Positions 8,031-17,138 of a stretch of 64,000 nucleotides of DNA are shown one piece after another. The notes beneath the pieces are model-generated. The model saw only the letters and a program-made list of their open reading frames with translations, was not told where the DNA came from and made no database searches. Made by a program: the position numbers and the translations under genes. Position 1 is the stretch's first letter, and each line of letters begins with the position of its first letter. Origin of the DNA: a bacterium (GTDB lineage Bacteria > Elusimicrobiota > Elusimicrobia > Elusimicrobiales > UBA9959); assembly GCA_021811315.1 (NCBI GenBank), contig JAJZPF010000010.1, positions 3,109 to 67,108 of the forward strand, written 5' to 3'.

Positions 8031-11000
8031 TTAGCTGACTTTGCAGCGGCGGCGCTTCGAGATCAGGTATTCGCCATTGGTCTTGTGCATCCTGGCGACC
8101 AGCTGGTGCGTGCCCGGCTGCAGATTGCTCCAGTCGAACCACCAGTAGCCGACGGCGTTCCGGCAGGGCTGCCACGGCTGGTCGTTGACGGAAATGTCGA
8201 CGCCGGTGCAGTCGCTGGCGCCTATGCGCACCGAATACTGCCGGGAGGTTATGGTCTCCAGGTTCTTCGGGTGGTCCACTACGACGTACTCGTTCGTATC
8301 GACGATCTTCGTCTTAGTGGCGGTGTTCGTGTTTTTGGCGTTCTTCTTTACGGTTAACTTAAGCATTGTGCTCTCCTCCGCTTCTGGGGCAGCCGGGCTT
8401 TCCCCGGGCTTGCCTATCCTGGCTATGCGCTCGCTTAAATAGGCGAGCGATTTGTCCAGGGGGTGTTTCAGGTGCAGCCTTAAAACGCGCCTGTTCTTTG
8501 CGTCCAGGGCTTCAAAATCGCCCAGGGCTTGCGCCGTTTCAAGCTGCCAGAAAGTATATTTCTCCCCCGGTATCAATATATCTTTTTTTGCCTGGTTGGT
8601 CAAGATGATGAAGAAGGCATTGTCGGGTCCGCCTTTGTGGAGCTGGCCCGAGGAATGCAGGTAGCGCGGCCCGTAGGCCAGCGTGCAGGCCGACGAAGTG
8701 TAGCGGGTGAGGCTTTCCCGCAGCTTGATAAGCTCCGCCTCCACCTTGGGGCTGTTGGGCAGGTAGGCAAGGAGGCCTATATACTCCTTCTCCCCCAGCG
8801 CCGAGAAAACCGACCAGAACACGTCGTCGTAGCTGGCGATGGCCTTATCCGCCTTTTTCAGCGCGCGCGAGGCGTAAACGGCCACGCGGTCGGCCGAGAA
8901 GTCCGGCTTGGGCGCGGCTCTCTTCCCCTTCTCGGCGTACTTGGCCAGGACCTGCATCGTGAGCAGCTTGGCTTCCTGGACATTTGGCTGGTCGAAGGGA
9001 TTTATTTTCATCAGGGCGCCGGCCGCGGCCGTGGCGGCTTCCCAGCGGTAGAATTCCGCGCCCAGGTCGTAGGGGTCTTTTACCGTGATCGTATAGACGG
9101 GGTGCCCGGCTTTCTTCAGGGCGGCAAGGCCGGCTTCCTCTACGGCGCCGGAGAAGCCCTCCAGTTTTACCTGCACGAAGAAGCGGTCGGCCTGGTACTT
9201 GTCCGGCTCCATCAGCGGCTCGAGGCAGACCGGGATTATCCCCTTGCCCTCTTTGCCGGTGCTTTCGGCCACCAGCTGCTCCACCCACAGGCCGAAGTAT
9301 TTCAGCTTCTCCGGCAGCAGCAGCGTAAGCTTGTCGCGGCCCTGCAGGGCCAGGGAGCCCATCAGGGCGCCGAGCAGCGCCCCGGGGTTCTTTTCTATCA
9401 GCGGCTCCTTGCACAGGTCGGCCTCGCTTATCGCGCGCTCGAGCAGCTTCCTGATGTCGGCGCCGCAGAGGGCCGCCGGAACCATGCCGAAGCAGGAGAG
9501 CGCGGAGAAGCGCCCGCCGATATCGGAAGGATTGATGAACACCTTGCGGAATTTCTTTTCCGCGGCGAGCTTCTCCAGCCCGGTGCCGGAATCGGTGACG
9601 GCCATGAAGTTGTTCCCGGGGCTCTTCACTCCGGCTTTCTTCACCAGGCTCCAGAAATATTTGAAATGGCTGGACGGCTCTATGGTCCCGCCGGACTTGC
9701 TGGCGAAGATGAAGAGCGTGCGCTTGAGGTCGATCTGCCCGGCCACGGACTCTATCCAGGCGGGGTCGGTGGTATCCAGCACGAGCAGGCGCGGGAATTT
9801 GGGGTTCTGGAAAACGCCGCGGATGACTTCCGGGGCCAGGCTCGAGCCGCCCATCCCGAGCAGCACGGCGTGGGTGAAGCCGGCCGCGCGTATTTCCTCC
9901 GCGAAAGCCTCTATCTCGTTCACCCTCGCGAGCATTTTGTAGGGGATGTCCACCCAGCCGAGAGCGCCGGAGATCTGCTTTTTAGCGGCCTCGTCCTTCT
10001 TCCAGAGCTCGGGGTCCTTTTTCCAGAGGCGGGCGGCGAAATTCATCGCGGCCAGTTCCTTTACGGCGGCTGAAGCGTCTATCCCGGTAAGTTCTTCTTT
10101 CATATTTTCCTCCGGCCCTGCGGCTATCTCTTTTTGGATGCGGGCGAGCAGCCCGTCGTGCGAGCGCGCGAATTTCTCGATGCCGTCCTTCTCCAGGTCC
10201 TCGAGTACCGCGCCGAAATCCAGCCCTAGCTCTTTCAGTTCCGCGAAATAAGCCTCGGCCGCGGCGAAGCGGGGGCCGAGCGGGCCGCTGTTTATCCTGC
10301 CGCCGGAGAAATAGGCTTCGAGAGCTTCTTCGGGGGCGGTGTTCACGGAGCCGTCGAGGGCGAGCTCCTCCATGTACAGTGACGGGCGGTAGGCCGGGTC
10401 CTTGACGCTGGTGGACGCCCAGAGTATCCGCTGCGGCGGTATGCCGGAGGCCCTGAAGCCCGGGCAGTAGAAAAGGTCGCGGTAAAGCCTGTAGGCCAGC
10501 AGGGAGTTCTCGACGGCGGCGCGGCCGGCCAGTTTTTGCGCTGGGCCGGGCGGGAGGGCCCTCAGTTTCTTATCCACGGCGGTGTCTATGCGGCTTACGA
10601 AGAAGCTCGCCACGGAGGCGATCCCTTCCACGGGCAGCGAATGCTTCAGCCTCCAGGACATGGCGTGGGTGTAGGCCTGGGTCACCGCGCTGTAGCGGTT
10701 GACGGTAAAGATAAGGGTGAAGTTGACGCTGACGCCTTTTTTCAGCAGGTTCTCCCCGGCCAGCAGGCCCTGCTTCGTGGCCGGGACTTTTATCATCAGG
10801 TTCCTGCGCCCTATCCGCCCGGCCAGGCGCAGCCCCTCCGATTCCGTGCGGGCCGCGTCGAAAGCCAGCTTCGGGGACACTTCCATGCTGACGAAACCGT
10901 CCAGGCCTCCGGAGGCCTCGTAGACGGGGCGCAGGAGGTCGGCGGCGCGCTGGATGTCCTCTACGGCGAGGACTTCGAAGATCTCTTCGGCGGAGGCGCC

Positions 11001-11204
11001 GCCGGCGGCCAGCTTTTTTATCGGCGCCGCGTAATATTCCCCCGCCAGGGCTTTTTCAAAAATAGAGGGGTTGGAGGTGAGGCCGGTCACGGCCCGCTCC
11101 CTTACCAGCCTGGAGAGGCCGCCGGAAAAGAGCAGCTGGCGGCTGAGGTTGTCCAGCCAGAGGCTCTGGCCGGTCTTCCTGATCTCCTCCCGGGTCGGCA
11201 TCAA
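8031..11204 (-). CDS. tal-pgi: Bifunctional transaldolase / glucose-6-phosphate isomerase with an extra C-terminal domain of about 111 aa
   Basis: N-terminal LWLDNLSR...TSNPSIF (transaldolase); central LLGMGGSSLAPEV and the rest of a PGI-like region; single uninterrupted 1057-aa ORF. Confidence 0.9.
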   Translation of the reverse strand: MMPTREEIRKTGQSLWLDNLSRQLLFSGGLSRLVRERAVTGLTSNPSIFEKALAGEYYAAPIKKLAAGGASAEEIFEVLAVEDIQRAADLLRPVYEASGGLDGFVSMEVSPKLAFDAARTESEGLRLAGRIGRRNLMIKVPATKQGLLAGENLLKKGVSVNFTLIFTVNRYSAVTQAYTHAMSWRLKHSLPVEGIASVASFFVSRIDTAVDKKLRALPPGPAQKLAGRAAVENSLLAYRLYRDLFYCPGFRASGIPPQRILWASTSVKDPAYRPSLYMEELALDGSVNTAPEEALEAYFSGGRINSGPLGPRFAAAEAYFAELKELGLDFGAVLEDLEKDGIEKFARSHDGLLARIQKEIAAGPEENMKEELTGIDASAAVKELAAMNFAARLWKKDPELWKKDEAAKKQISGALGWVDIPYKMLARVNEIEAFAEEIRAAGFTHAVLLGMGGSSLAPEVIRGVFQNPKFPRLLVLDTTDPAWIESVAGQIDLKRTLFIFASKSGGTIEPSSHFKYFWSLVKKAGVKSPGNNFMAVTDSGTGLEKLAAEKKFRKVFINPSDIGGRFSALSCFGMVPAALCGADIRKLLERAISEADLCKEPLIEKNPGALLGALMGSLALQGRDKLTLLLPEKLKYFGLWVEQLVAESTGKEGKGIIPVCLEPLMEPDKYQADRFFVQVKLEGFSGAVEEAGLAALKKAGHPVYTITVKDPYDLGAEFYRWEAATAAAGALMKINPFDQPNVQEAKLLTMQVLAKYAEKGKRAAPKPDFSADRVAVYASRALKKADKAIASYDDVFWSVFSALGEKEYIGLLAYLPNSPKVEAELIKLRESLTRYTSSACTLAYGPRYLHSSGQLHKGGPDNAFFIILTNQAKKDILIPGEKYTFWQLETAQALGDFEALDAKNRRVLRLHLKHPLDKSLAYLSERIARIGKPGESPAAPEAEESTMLKLTVKKNAKNTNTATKTKIVDTNEYVVVDHPKNLETITSRQYSVRIGASDCTGVDISVNDQPWQPCRNAVGYWWFDWSNLQPGTHQLVARMHKTNGEYLISKRRRCKVS

Positions 11205-11659
11205 AACCCTTTTTCCAGCTCGTCGATCTTTTTGAGGCGGCGCAGGTGGCGCTCTTCGCCGGAGAACCTGGCGGCGGCGAAAGCGGCGGCGATCTCGAAG
11301 GCCAGGGCCTCGCCTATGATCCGCGCCCCCAGGCAGAGCACGTTCATGTCGTCGTGCTCCACGCCCTGGTGGGCGGAGTAAGTGTCGTGGCAGAGGCCGG
11401 CGCGGATGCCTTCCAGCTTGTTGGCCGCGATGCAGGCGCCAACGCCGGAGCCGCAGACTATTATGGCTTTTTCGGCGCGCCCGGCCAGCACTTCCCTGGA
11501 GGCCTTGGCCGCGAAATCCGGGTAGTCCACCGCTTTCTCCGCGGAGTCGGTGCCCTGGTCGGAGACTTCATAACCGGTCTTTTTAAGGAAAGGGATAAGC
11601 GCCGCTTTTAACGGGAACCCGGCGTGGTCGCTCGCGATAGCTATTTTCATGTTGTTCAC
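11201..11659 (-). CDS. rpiB: Ribose-5-phosphate isomerase B
   Basis: MKIAIASDHAGFPLK, CGSGVGACIAANK; 4-nt overlaps with both neighbouring genes. Confidence 0.9.
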   Translation of the reverse strand: MNNMKIAIASDHAGFPLKAALIPFLKKTGYEVSDQGTDSAEKAVDYPDFAAKASREVLAGRAEKAIIVCGSGVGACIAANKLEGIRAGLCHDTYSAHQGVEHDDMNVLCLGARIIGEALAFEIAAAFAAARFSGEERHLRRLKKIDELEKGF

Positions 11660-12405
11660 AGCCTCTCTATTTCCGTCTTTAGCGCCCAGCCTTTTATGCC
11701 TTCCTTCTGCAGCCCTATCTCGTAGTAGGCTTCGTCGCCCGTGTCGAGTATCCTGACGAGGCGCCCTTCCGGGGCGGAGGCGTAGGTCTTGAACTTTTCC
11801 CCCGGCCCGCTGAGCATCCGCGTCCCCCCGGCCTTTATAACTACGCCTGAGGAACTGAAGGGCGAGGACTGCCTGGCGCCCAGCCAGACCGCGGTGAAGA
11901 CGAGGAGCCCGGCCGCCGCGAGCGAAACGCGGCCGGCGGCCGCCCCGCCCCTGCCGCCGTCCAGGAGGAAGGCCGCCGCGCCGGCCAGGCAGGCCAGCCA
12001 GAAAAGAAGTATGGCCGAAGCTTTGAGCTCGGTTTCCGAAACCAGGTAATAGAGGTAATGGAGCGCCGCGGGCGCGCCTTCCGGCACCAGGGACTGGCCG
12101 GTCTGGCGCAGGGCGAAGTCGAGGTTGGCACGGATGTCAGGCGAGCGCGGGTCCAGCATGAAAGCCCGGGCATAATTGAACACGGCGGGGCCTATGCGGT
12201 TCAGGCGGAAAAGGGCGTTGCCCGCATTGTACCAGGCCCATTGGTTGGCGGGCTCCTTGGCTATTATCAGCTTGTAGCCCTCCAGGGCCTCCTCGTACTG
12301 GCCGTTCCGGTACTGGTCGTTGAACTCCGCCAGCTCGCCGCGGTCGTAAGCCGCGGCCGCCGAAGGCAGCGCTAAAATTAAAGCTAAAAATATCTTCTTC
12401 ATCAT
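11656..12405 (-). CDS. batE: BatE-like protein (signal peptide, TPR repeats, C-terminal SH3b-like domain)
   Basis: TPR-like YRNGQYEEALEGYKLIIAKEP.NQWAWYNAGNALF; position after batD; SH3-like tail. Confidence 0.7.
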   Translation of the reverse strand: MMKKIFLALILALPSAAAAYDRGELAEFNDQYRNGQYEEALEGYKLIIAKEPANQWAWYNAGNALFRLNRIGPAVFNYARAFMLDPRSPDIRANLDFALRQTGQSLVPEGAPAALHYLYYLVSETELKASAILLFWLACLAGAAAFLLDGGRGGAAAGRVSLAAAGLLVFTAVWLGARQSSPFSSSGVVIKAGGTRMLSGPGEKFKTYASAPEGRLVRILDTGDEAYYEIGLQKEGIKGWALKTEIERL

Positions 12406-12432
12406 CGATCTCTGCTTCCCTTCCCCGTTCGC

Positions 12433-12467
12433 CGACTCCCGACTCCCGATTCTCGACTTTCGATTTC
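12433..12467. repeat. Heptamer array: 5 tandem units of CGAYYYY (CGACTCC CGACTCC CGATTCT CGACTTT CGATTTC)
   Basis: Read directly; lies between the batD stop (12469) and the batE start (12405). Confidence 0.85.
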
Positions 12468-12468
12468 C

Positions 12469-14307
12469 CTATCTGAGTTCTTTTTCAAGCAGCTCTAAAA
12501 GAAGGGAATATTTTTTGGCCAGGTCCGAAGCCCCTTCCGAGCCCGCGGCCTCCGGCGAGAAATGGCGCAGCTCCAGGGCCGCCCAGAGCTCGCAGATCTC
12601 TTCGAGCGAGCGGTCGGTGGCGGCCGGGAAGCGGCTCTTGACCAGCCCCGCCGCCTTCCTTATGGTCAGGGCGCTCACTTTCACCCCGCATTTGTCGGAG
12701 AGATAGTTCATGAACGAATCGTAAAGCACGGAGACGGCCTCGTTGGGCTTGTTCGTTTTTATCAGCGCCTCGGCTTCGTCTATGTCGCGGGAGGCTTCGC
12801 TGCGGGCCTTGCGGAACCTGAAGAGGAGCGGGTTGGCCAGCTTGAAGCGGTTCATCCTGGCCAGCCAGAAGCAGAGGAGCAGCAGCACGACCGGGAAGGC
12901 GTGCGTCCAGTAAGGCAGGGCCAGTACCGAGGCGGCGAGGAAAGGCAGGGCGTCCGCGCCCTGCTTCTCGCTGACATAGCGGATGTCCGAGCCGGAGGCC
13001 GTGACCGGAGCGCCGCCGCTGCCGGTGTTGAAGTTTACGCTCTTGGCCGCCTGGCCGCCCTTTTCCACCTGCAGGGTGACCGGGTTGGTCTGGAGCTCGC
13101 GGTAAGCGCCGGAGCGCGGCTCGAAGAAGGAGAATTTTATCGGCGGGACGGTCTTCTTCCCCTCGTTGCGGGGGACGAGGATATAGGTGAAGGTCTTCTT
13201 TCCGCTGATCAGGTCCCCCTCCTTTTTCACGTCGAGGGAGCTCATGGTGTCGAAGACTTTGAAGTCCGGCAGGTCGGGGAATTTAGGGGCGGAGACGGCC
13301 TTCAGGTTGCCGCTGCCGGTGATGGTTATTGAAAAATTAACCGCCTCCCCGGCGCGGGCTTCGGGGCGGTCGGTCACCGCGGCGATGGTATAGTTCCCCA
13401 CGGCGCCGCTGAAGTCGGGCGGGGCGCCGGCGGGCAGCGGCTTTATATCGATCGACAGGGGCTCGGTGGAAAATTCCCTGCTCTGTCCCTGCTGCCCGCT
13501 TATGGCCATGAACTTCTGGAAGAAGTTCGGGTCGAACGGGTCTATCGCCTCCTCGGAGGGGACCTGGGCGATGACGGTGGCGGACCTGATCTCGGCGGGG
13601 CCGGGGTTCAGGGCGAAGAGGGCGGCCTTGATCTCGCTATAGGCGTAGCGCACGCCGCCGATATCCGTTTCCCCGTTGCGCACCGGGGGCAGGTCTTCCG
13701 AGATCAGGTTCTTGAAAGCCGGCGGCACGTACTGCGGGTTGGAGCTGAGCGGCACCGAGGTGTAGAACTTTATGCTGATATTGATCTGCTCGCCGGGGTA
13801 GGCCGTTTTTTTGTCCGTTTCGGCCTTGAGGAAGATCTGCTCGCCCCTGCCGGCGGTTTTGCCCCGGGCCTGCCGCTGCTGCCTGGAGGGCTGCTGCGGG
13901 CGCTGCTGGGCCGAGGGCTGTTTGGCCTTGGTCACCGTGACCTGCATCTCGGTGGTCGCCGCGTTCTCCCTGCCGTTGGAGACCGTGATGGAAGGGATGG
14001 TCTGCAGCCCCAGGAAACGGGGCGAGAGGATGTAGGTGAAAGAGACGGAGGTGGTGATCTTCCCGTTTATTATGGAGATGCTCTGGCTGCGCCCGGAGGA
14101 GTAGACGTTGAAGCTCTGCATGTTCGGGAGCTTCGGTTCCGGCACGCTGGCCGAATCGCCGGAGACGGTGACGGTAAGATAGAGGTTGCCGCTGATCTCC
14201 ACCGAGTCGCGGTCCGTCGAGGCCGTGACCGAGAGCAGGGCCGACGCCGGGGCGGCGAGCAGCAGCGCCAGGGCGCAGGCGGCAAAAGCGGAGGCGGATC
14301 TTCTCAC
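12469..14307 (-). CDS. batD: BatD-like protein (oxygen-tolerance family)
   Basis: Signal peptide, repeated beta-rich regions, late TM segment, position in the Bat operon; GTG start overlapping the batB/C stop (GTGA). Confidence 0.8.
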   Translation of the reverse strand: MRRSASAFAACALALLLAAPASALLSVTASTDRDSVEISGNLYLTVTVSGDSASVPEPKLPNMQSFNVYSSGRSQSISIINGKITTSVSFTYILSPRFLGLQTIPSITVSNGRENAATTEMQVTVTKAKQPSAQQRPQQPSRQQRQARGKTAGRGEQIFLKAETDKKTAYPGEQINISIKFYTSVPLSSNPQYVPPAFKNLISEDLPPVRNGETDIGGVRYAYSEIKAALFALNPGPAEIRSATVIAQVPSEEAIDPFDPNFFQKFMAISGQQGQSREFSTEPLSIDIKPLPAGAPPDFSGAVGNYTIAAVTDRPEARAGEAVNFSITITGSGNLKAVSAPKFPDLPDFKVFDTMSSLDVKKEGDLISGKKTFTYILVPRNEGKKTVPPIKFSFFEPRSGAYRELQTNPVTLQVEKGGQAAKSVNFNTGSGGAPVTASGSDIRYVSEKQGADALPFLAASVLALPYWTHAFPVVLLLLCFWLARMNRFKLANPLLFRFRKARSEASRDIDEAEALIKTNKPNEAVSVLYDSFMNYLSDKCGVKVSALTIRKAAGLVKSRFPAATDRSLEEICELWAALELRHFSPEAAGSEGASDLAKKYSLLLELLEKELR

Positions 14308-16070
14308 CAGTCCTCCAGGCGGTCCTGCGGCGGCGGCTTGCCTTTCTGCATGGCGGCCTGCTTCATGGCTTCCGGGTCCCGGGCCGCGGCTTTTTCTTTT
14401 TCTTTCATCATCTCGAGTATCTGGCGGCTCCGCTCTTTGGCTTCCGCCTTTTTCTTCTCCTGCTCTTTCTGCTTTTCCTTCTCCTGGTTCTCTTTATCCC
14501 CGCCGGACTTGTCCTCTTTCTTGTCCTGGTCGCCCGGCTTCTTTTTGTCCTGGTCTTTCTTGTCCTGGTCTTTCTTGTCCTCGTTCTTCTTGTCCTTCTG
14601 ATTCTCGTTCTTCTTCTGCTGCTCCAGGGCCTTCTGGAGGTTGAACTTGGCGTTCTCGTCCTTCGGGTCGAAAGAGAGGGCTTTGCGGTAGCCGGCTATG
14701 GCCCCGGCCAGGTCCCCGCTTTTAAAAAGCGCGTTGCCGCGGTTGTAATAGGCCCTGGCGGCCAACTTCGGCGAAGCCGCGGCCTGGTCGAAGAACTCCC
14801 CCGCCTTGGCGTAGTCCTCCTGCTTGTAGTAGGCGTCGCCGATATTGAAATTAAGGCGCTTGTCCGCCGGGGCTTTCTGCATCGCGCGGGAATAATATTC
14901 CACGGCGGCCTGCCAGTCCTTCTTCTTATAGGCGGAGGCGCCTTTGCGGGCGTCGGCGCCGGGGCCGGCGGCCTGCAGGGAGGAGGCGGCGGCCAGCAGC
15001 AGGAGCGCGGCCGCGCCGCGTTTAAAGCGCGGCAGCCTGGCCGAGAGCTTTTTAAAGTCCGGCGGCGTGAACCTGAAGCCTTTCTCCATCACCATCAATT
15101 CTATCAAAAGCAGGAGCAGCGCCATAGCCAGCGGCCACTGGTAGCGGTTCTTGAAGCTGGCGCGGCCTTTGCCCCGGCTCTTCTCCAGGTCCAGGGCGCC
15201 GACGGCCGAGCGCATGGCCTCGGCGGCCGAATCCGGGTCGGTGTAGCGCAGGTAGGCCGCCCCGGTCCGGCTGGCTATTTTCATCAGCGCGGCTTCGTCC
15301 ATCCTGCTCACCACGGTCTTGCCGGACTTGTCCTTTTTGTACTCCAGGGTGTTGCCGATGGAGTCCGTCATGGGGACGAGGTCGCCGTCAGGGCTGCCTA
15401 TGCCGATGGTGAAGATCTTCAGGTTCTGCTCTGTCGCCGCTTTAAGGGAGGTATCCAGCGCGGAGGAGTGGTCCTCGCCGTCCGTTATCAGGACCATCAC
15501 CTTCTGCCCCCCGTAGCGCGAGAGCATGCCGAGCACGGTCTCTATGGCCTCGGAAAAATCGGTGCCCTGCGAGGGGAGCATGCCCGGCTTAAGGCCCGAG
15601 GCGAAATAGCTGATGGCGTCCTGGTCGGTGGTAAGCGGGCACTGGATGTAAGCCTCGCCGGCGAAAGCCACCACGCCTATGCGGTAGTCGGAGAATTTCT
15701 GGGCTATGGCCCCGAGCAGGAGGCGGGCGTTGGAAAGCCTGTCCGGCTTCAGGTCCCGGGCGCCCATGGAAAGCGAGGTGTCAACCGCTATCACCACGTT
15801 GCCTTTCAGGTCGGTGACCGGGGAAAGCTCCACGCCCCACTGCGGCCCGGCGGCGGCCAGCGCCAGAAGGCCGAGGGCGGCGAAATAAAGCAGGCCGCGC
15901 AGGCGCCTGCGGGCCGCCTCCGGCCCGGAAACGAGTTTGTCAAAAGCGGGGCCTAACAGGCCGCGCGCCGCCTCCAGCCGGCGCTCTTCCGCCCTGAAGC
16001 GGAAAAATACCAGCGCGGCGAATGCCGCGGCCAGCCAGGCAAGAGTTAAAGGATATCTGAATAACTCCAT
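14304..16070 (-). CDS. batB: BatB-BatC fusion: N-terminal TM, VWA domain, TM, TPR repeats, K/D/E/Q-rich tail
   Basis: MIDAS motif VDTSLSM; TPR YYNRGNALFKSGDLAGAIAGYRKAL; low-complexity KDKKNEDKKDQDKKDQDKKK. Confidence 0.8.
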   Translation of the reverse strand: MELFRYPLTLAWLAAAFAALVFFRFRAEERRLEAARGLLGPAFDKLVSGPEAARRRLRGLLYFAALGLLALAAAGPQWGVELSPVTDLKGNVVIAVDTSLSMGARDLKPDRLSNARLLLGAIAQKFSDYRIGVVAFAGEAYIQCPLTTDQDAISYFASGLKPGMLPSQGTDFSEAIETVLGMLSRYGGQKVMVLITDGEDHSSALDTSLKAATEQNLKIFTIGIGSPDGDLVPMTDSIGNTLEYKKDKSGKTVVSRMDEAALMKIASRTGAAYLRYTDPDSAAEAMRSAVGALDLEKSRGKGRASFKNRYQWPLAMALLLLLIELMVMEKGFRFTPPDFKKLSARLPRFKRGAAALLLLAAASSLQAAGPGADARKGASAYKKKDWQAAVEYYSRAMQKAPADKRLNFNIGDAYYKQEDYAKAGEFFDQAAASPKLAARAYYNRGNALFKSGDLAGAIAGYRKALSFDPKDENAKFNLQKALEQQKKNENQKDKKNEDKKDQDKKDQDKKKPGDQDKKEDKSGGDKENQEKEKQKEQEKKKAEAKERSRQILEMMKEKEKAAARDPEAMKQAAMQKGKPPPQDRLEDW

Positions 16071-16089
16071 ATAAAATTAATCTTTTCTC

Positions 16090-16152
16090 CGAATTCCCGA
16101 TCTTCGACTCCCGACCCCCGATCCTCGATTCTCGACTCCCGGCTCTCGATCC
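16090..16152. repeat. Heptamer array: about 9 units of CGAYYYY
   Basis: cgaattc c cgatctt cgactcc cgacccc cgatcct cgattct cgactcc cggctct cgatcc; lies between the batA stop (16155) and the batB start (16070). Confidence 0.85.
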
Positions 16153-16154
16153 TT

Positions 16155-17138
16155 TTACGGCACGGTCCTAAAGTAGGTTCTTTCCAAGATAAAAAGTAAG
16201 GCTAAAAGGGCGAGGGCCGGGGCGAGGAAATACAGGTAGAGGTCCGCGTAGTTGGTGTAGGTCTTCGCCTCGAATTTGGTTTTTTCCAGGGAGTCGATCT
16301 TGCCGTAGATCTTTTCCAGGTCCTGGGCGCTCTTGGCGCGGTAGAACTCCCCGCTGGTGAGGCCGGCTATCTCGCGCAGCGTGGGTTCGTCCAGGTCCTC
16401 GTCGATATAGATCACGGGCTGAGTCGGGTCCCCGGTCGAGATCTGGGCCCTGCCTTTTCCCGCCGTGCCGATGGTATATATTTTTATGTCGTAGGCCGCC
16501 GCGGTCTTTGCCGCCAGGGCGAGGTCCGTCACCAGCCCGACGTTGGAGCGCCCGTCGGTCAGCAGCACTATGACTTTGCTTTTGGCCTTGCTCTCCTTAA
16601 GGTGGTTTACCGCGGTGACTATGGCGTCGCCTATCGCCGTGCCGTCGGCCCTGGTCATGTTCAGGTAGGCCGCGTCCAGCATCTCGAGCACCGATTGGTA
16701 ATCCAGCGTGAGCGGGCAGGTAAGCAGGGCCGTGCCGCCGAAAACCGTGACGCCGATGCGGTCGTTCTTGCGCTTCTTCACGAAGTCCGCGGCGGCCTTC
16801 TTGGCGGCTTCGAGGCGGTTCGGGGAAAAATCCTCGGCGGCCATGCTGTAGGAGGTGTCCAGTACCAGCATTATGTCTATGCCCTCCGCGGGCGGAACTT
16901 CCCCCCTGCTGGCTTTCTGCGGGCGGGCCAGCGCGAAAATCAGGAGCGTTATGGCCAGCACCCTGCCCCAGAAAGGAACTATGGCGAACAGGCGCGTCCG
17001 CGCCGTCCCGAGCGCCGGGAGGACCGCGGGCACGCCGGCGGAATTAAGGCGCCTGGCCGATTGCGACCGCGCGACGCCCGCCAGGACCCCGAGCAGGGGC
17101 ATAAGCAGGAGGATCCACGGGTGCTTGAAGAGGTTCAT
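16155..17138 (-). CDS. batA: BatA-like VWA domain membrane protein
   Basis: N-terminal MNLFKHPWILLLMPLL, MIDAS motif LDTSYSM, C-terminal TM; ATGA overlap with the upstream gene. Confidence 0.8.
   Translation of the reverse strand: MNLFKHPWILLLMPLLGVLAGVARSQSARRLNSAGVPAVLPALGTARTRLFAIVPFWGRVLAITLLIFALARPQKASRGEVPPAEGIDIMLVLDTSYSMAAEDFSPNRLEAAKKAAADFVKKRKNDRIGVTVFGGTALLTCPLTLDYQSVLEMLDAAYLNMTRADGTAIGDAIVTAVNHLKESKAKSKVIVLLTDGRSNVGLVTDLALAAKTAAAYDIKIYTIGTAGKGRAQISTGDPTQPVIYIDEDLDEPTLREIAGLTSGEFYRAKSAQDLEKIYGKIDSLEKTKFEAKTYTNYADLYLYFLAPALALLALLFILERTYFRTVP

Noticed and set aside
8529-10073. 514-aa plus-strand ORF
   Set aside because: It is antisense to the tal-pgi fusion. The same shadow-ORF reasoning applies.
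14520-14600. Tandem 15-nt DNA repeats (cttgtcctggtcttt) in the batB/C gene
   Set aside because: They simply encode the DKKDQ low-complexity tail typical of BatC-like proteins and are not an independent element.
12433-16152. Heptamer arrays as possible CRISPR arrays
   Set aside because: The units are 7 nt with no spacers. The arrays are 22-80 nt long, no cas genes are present, and the repeats are degenerate.
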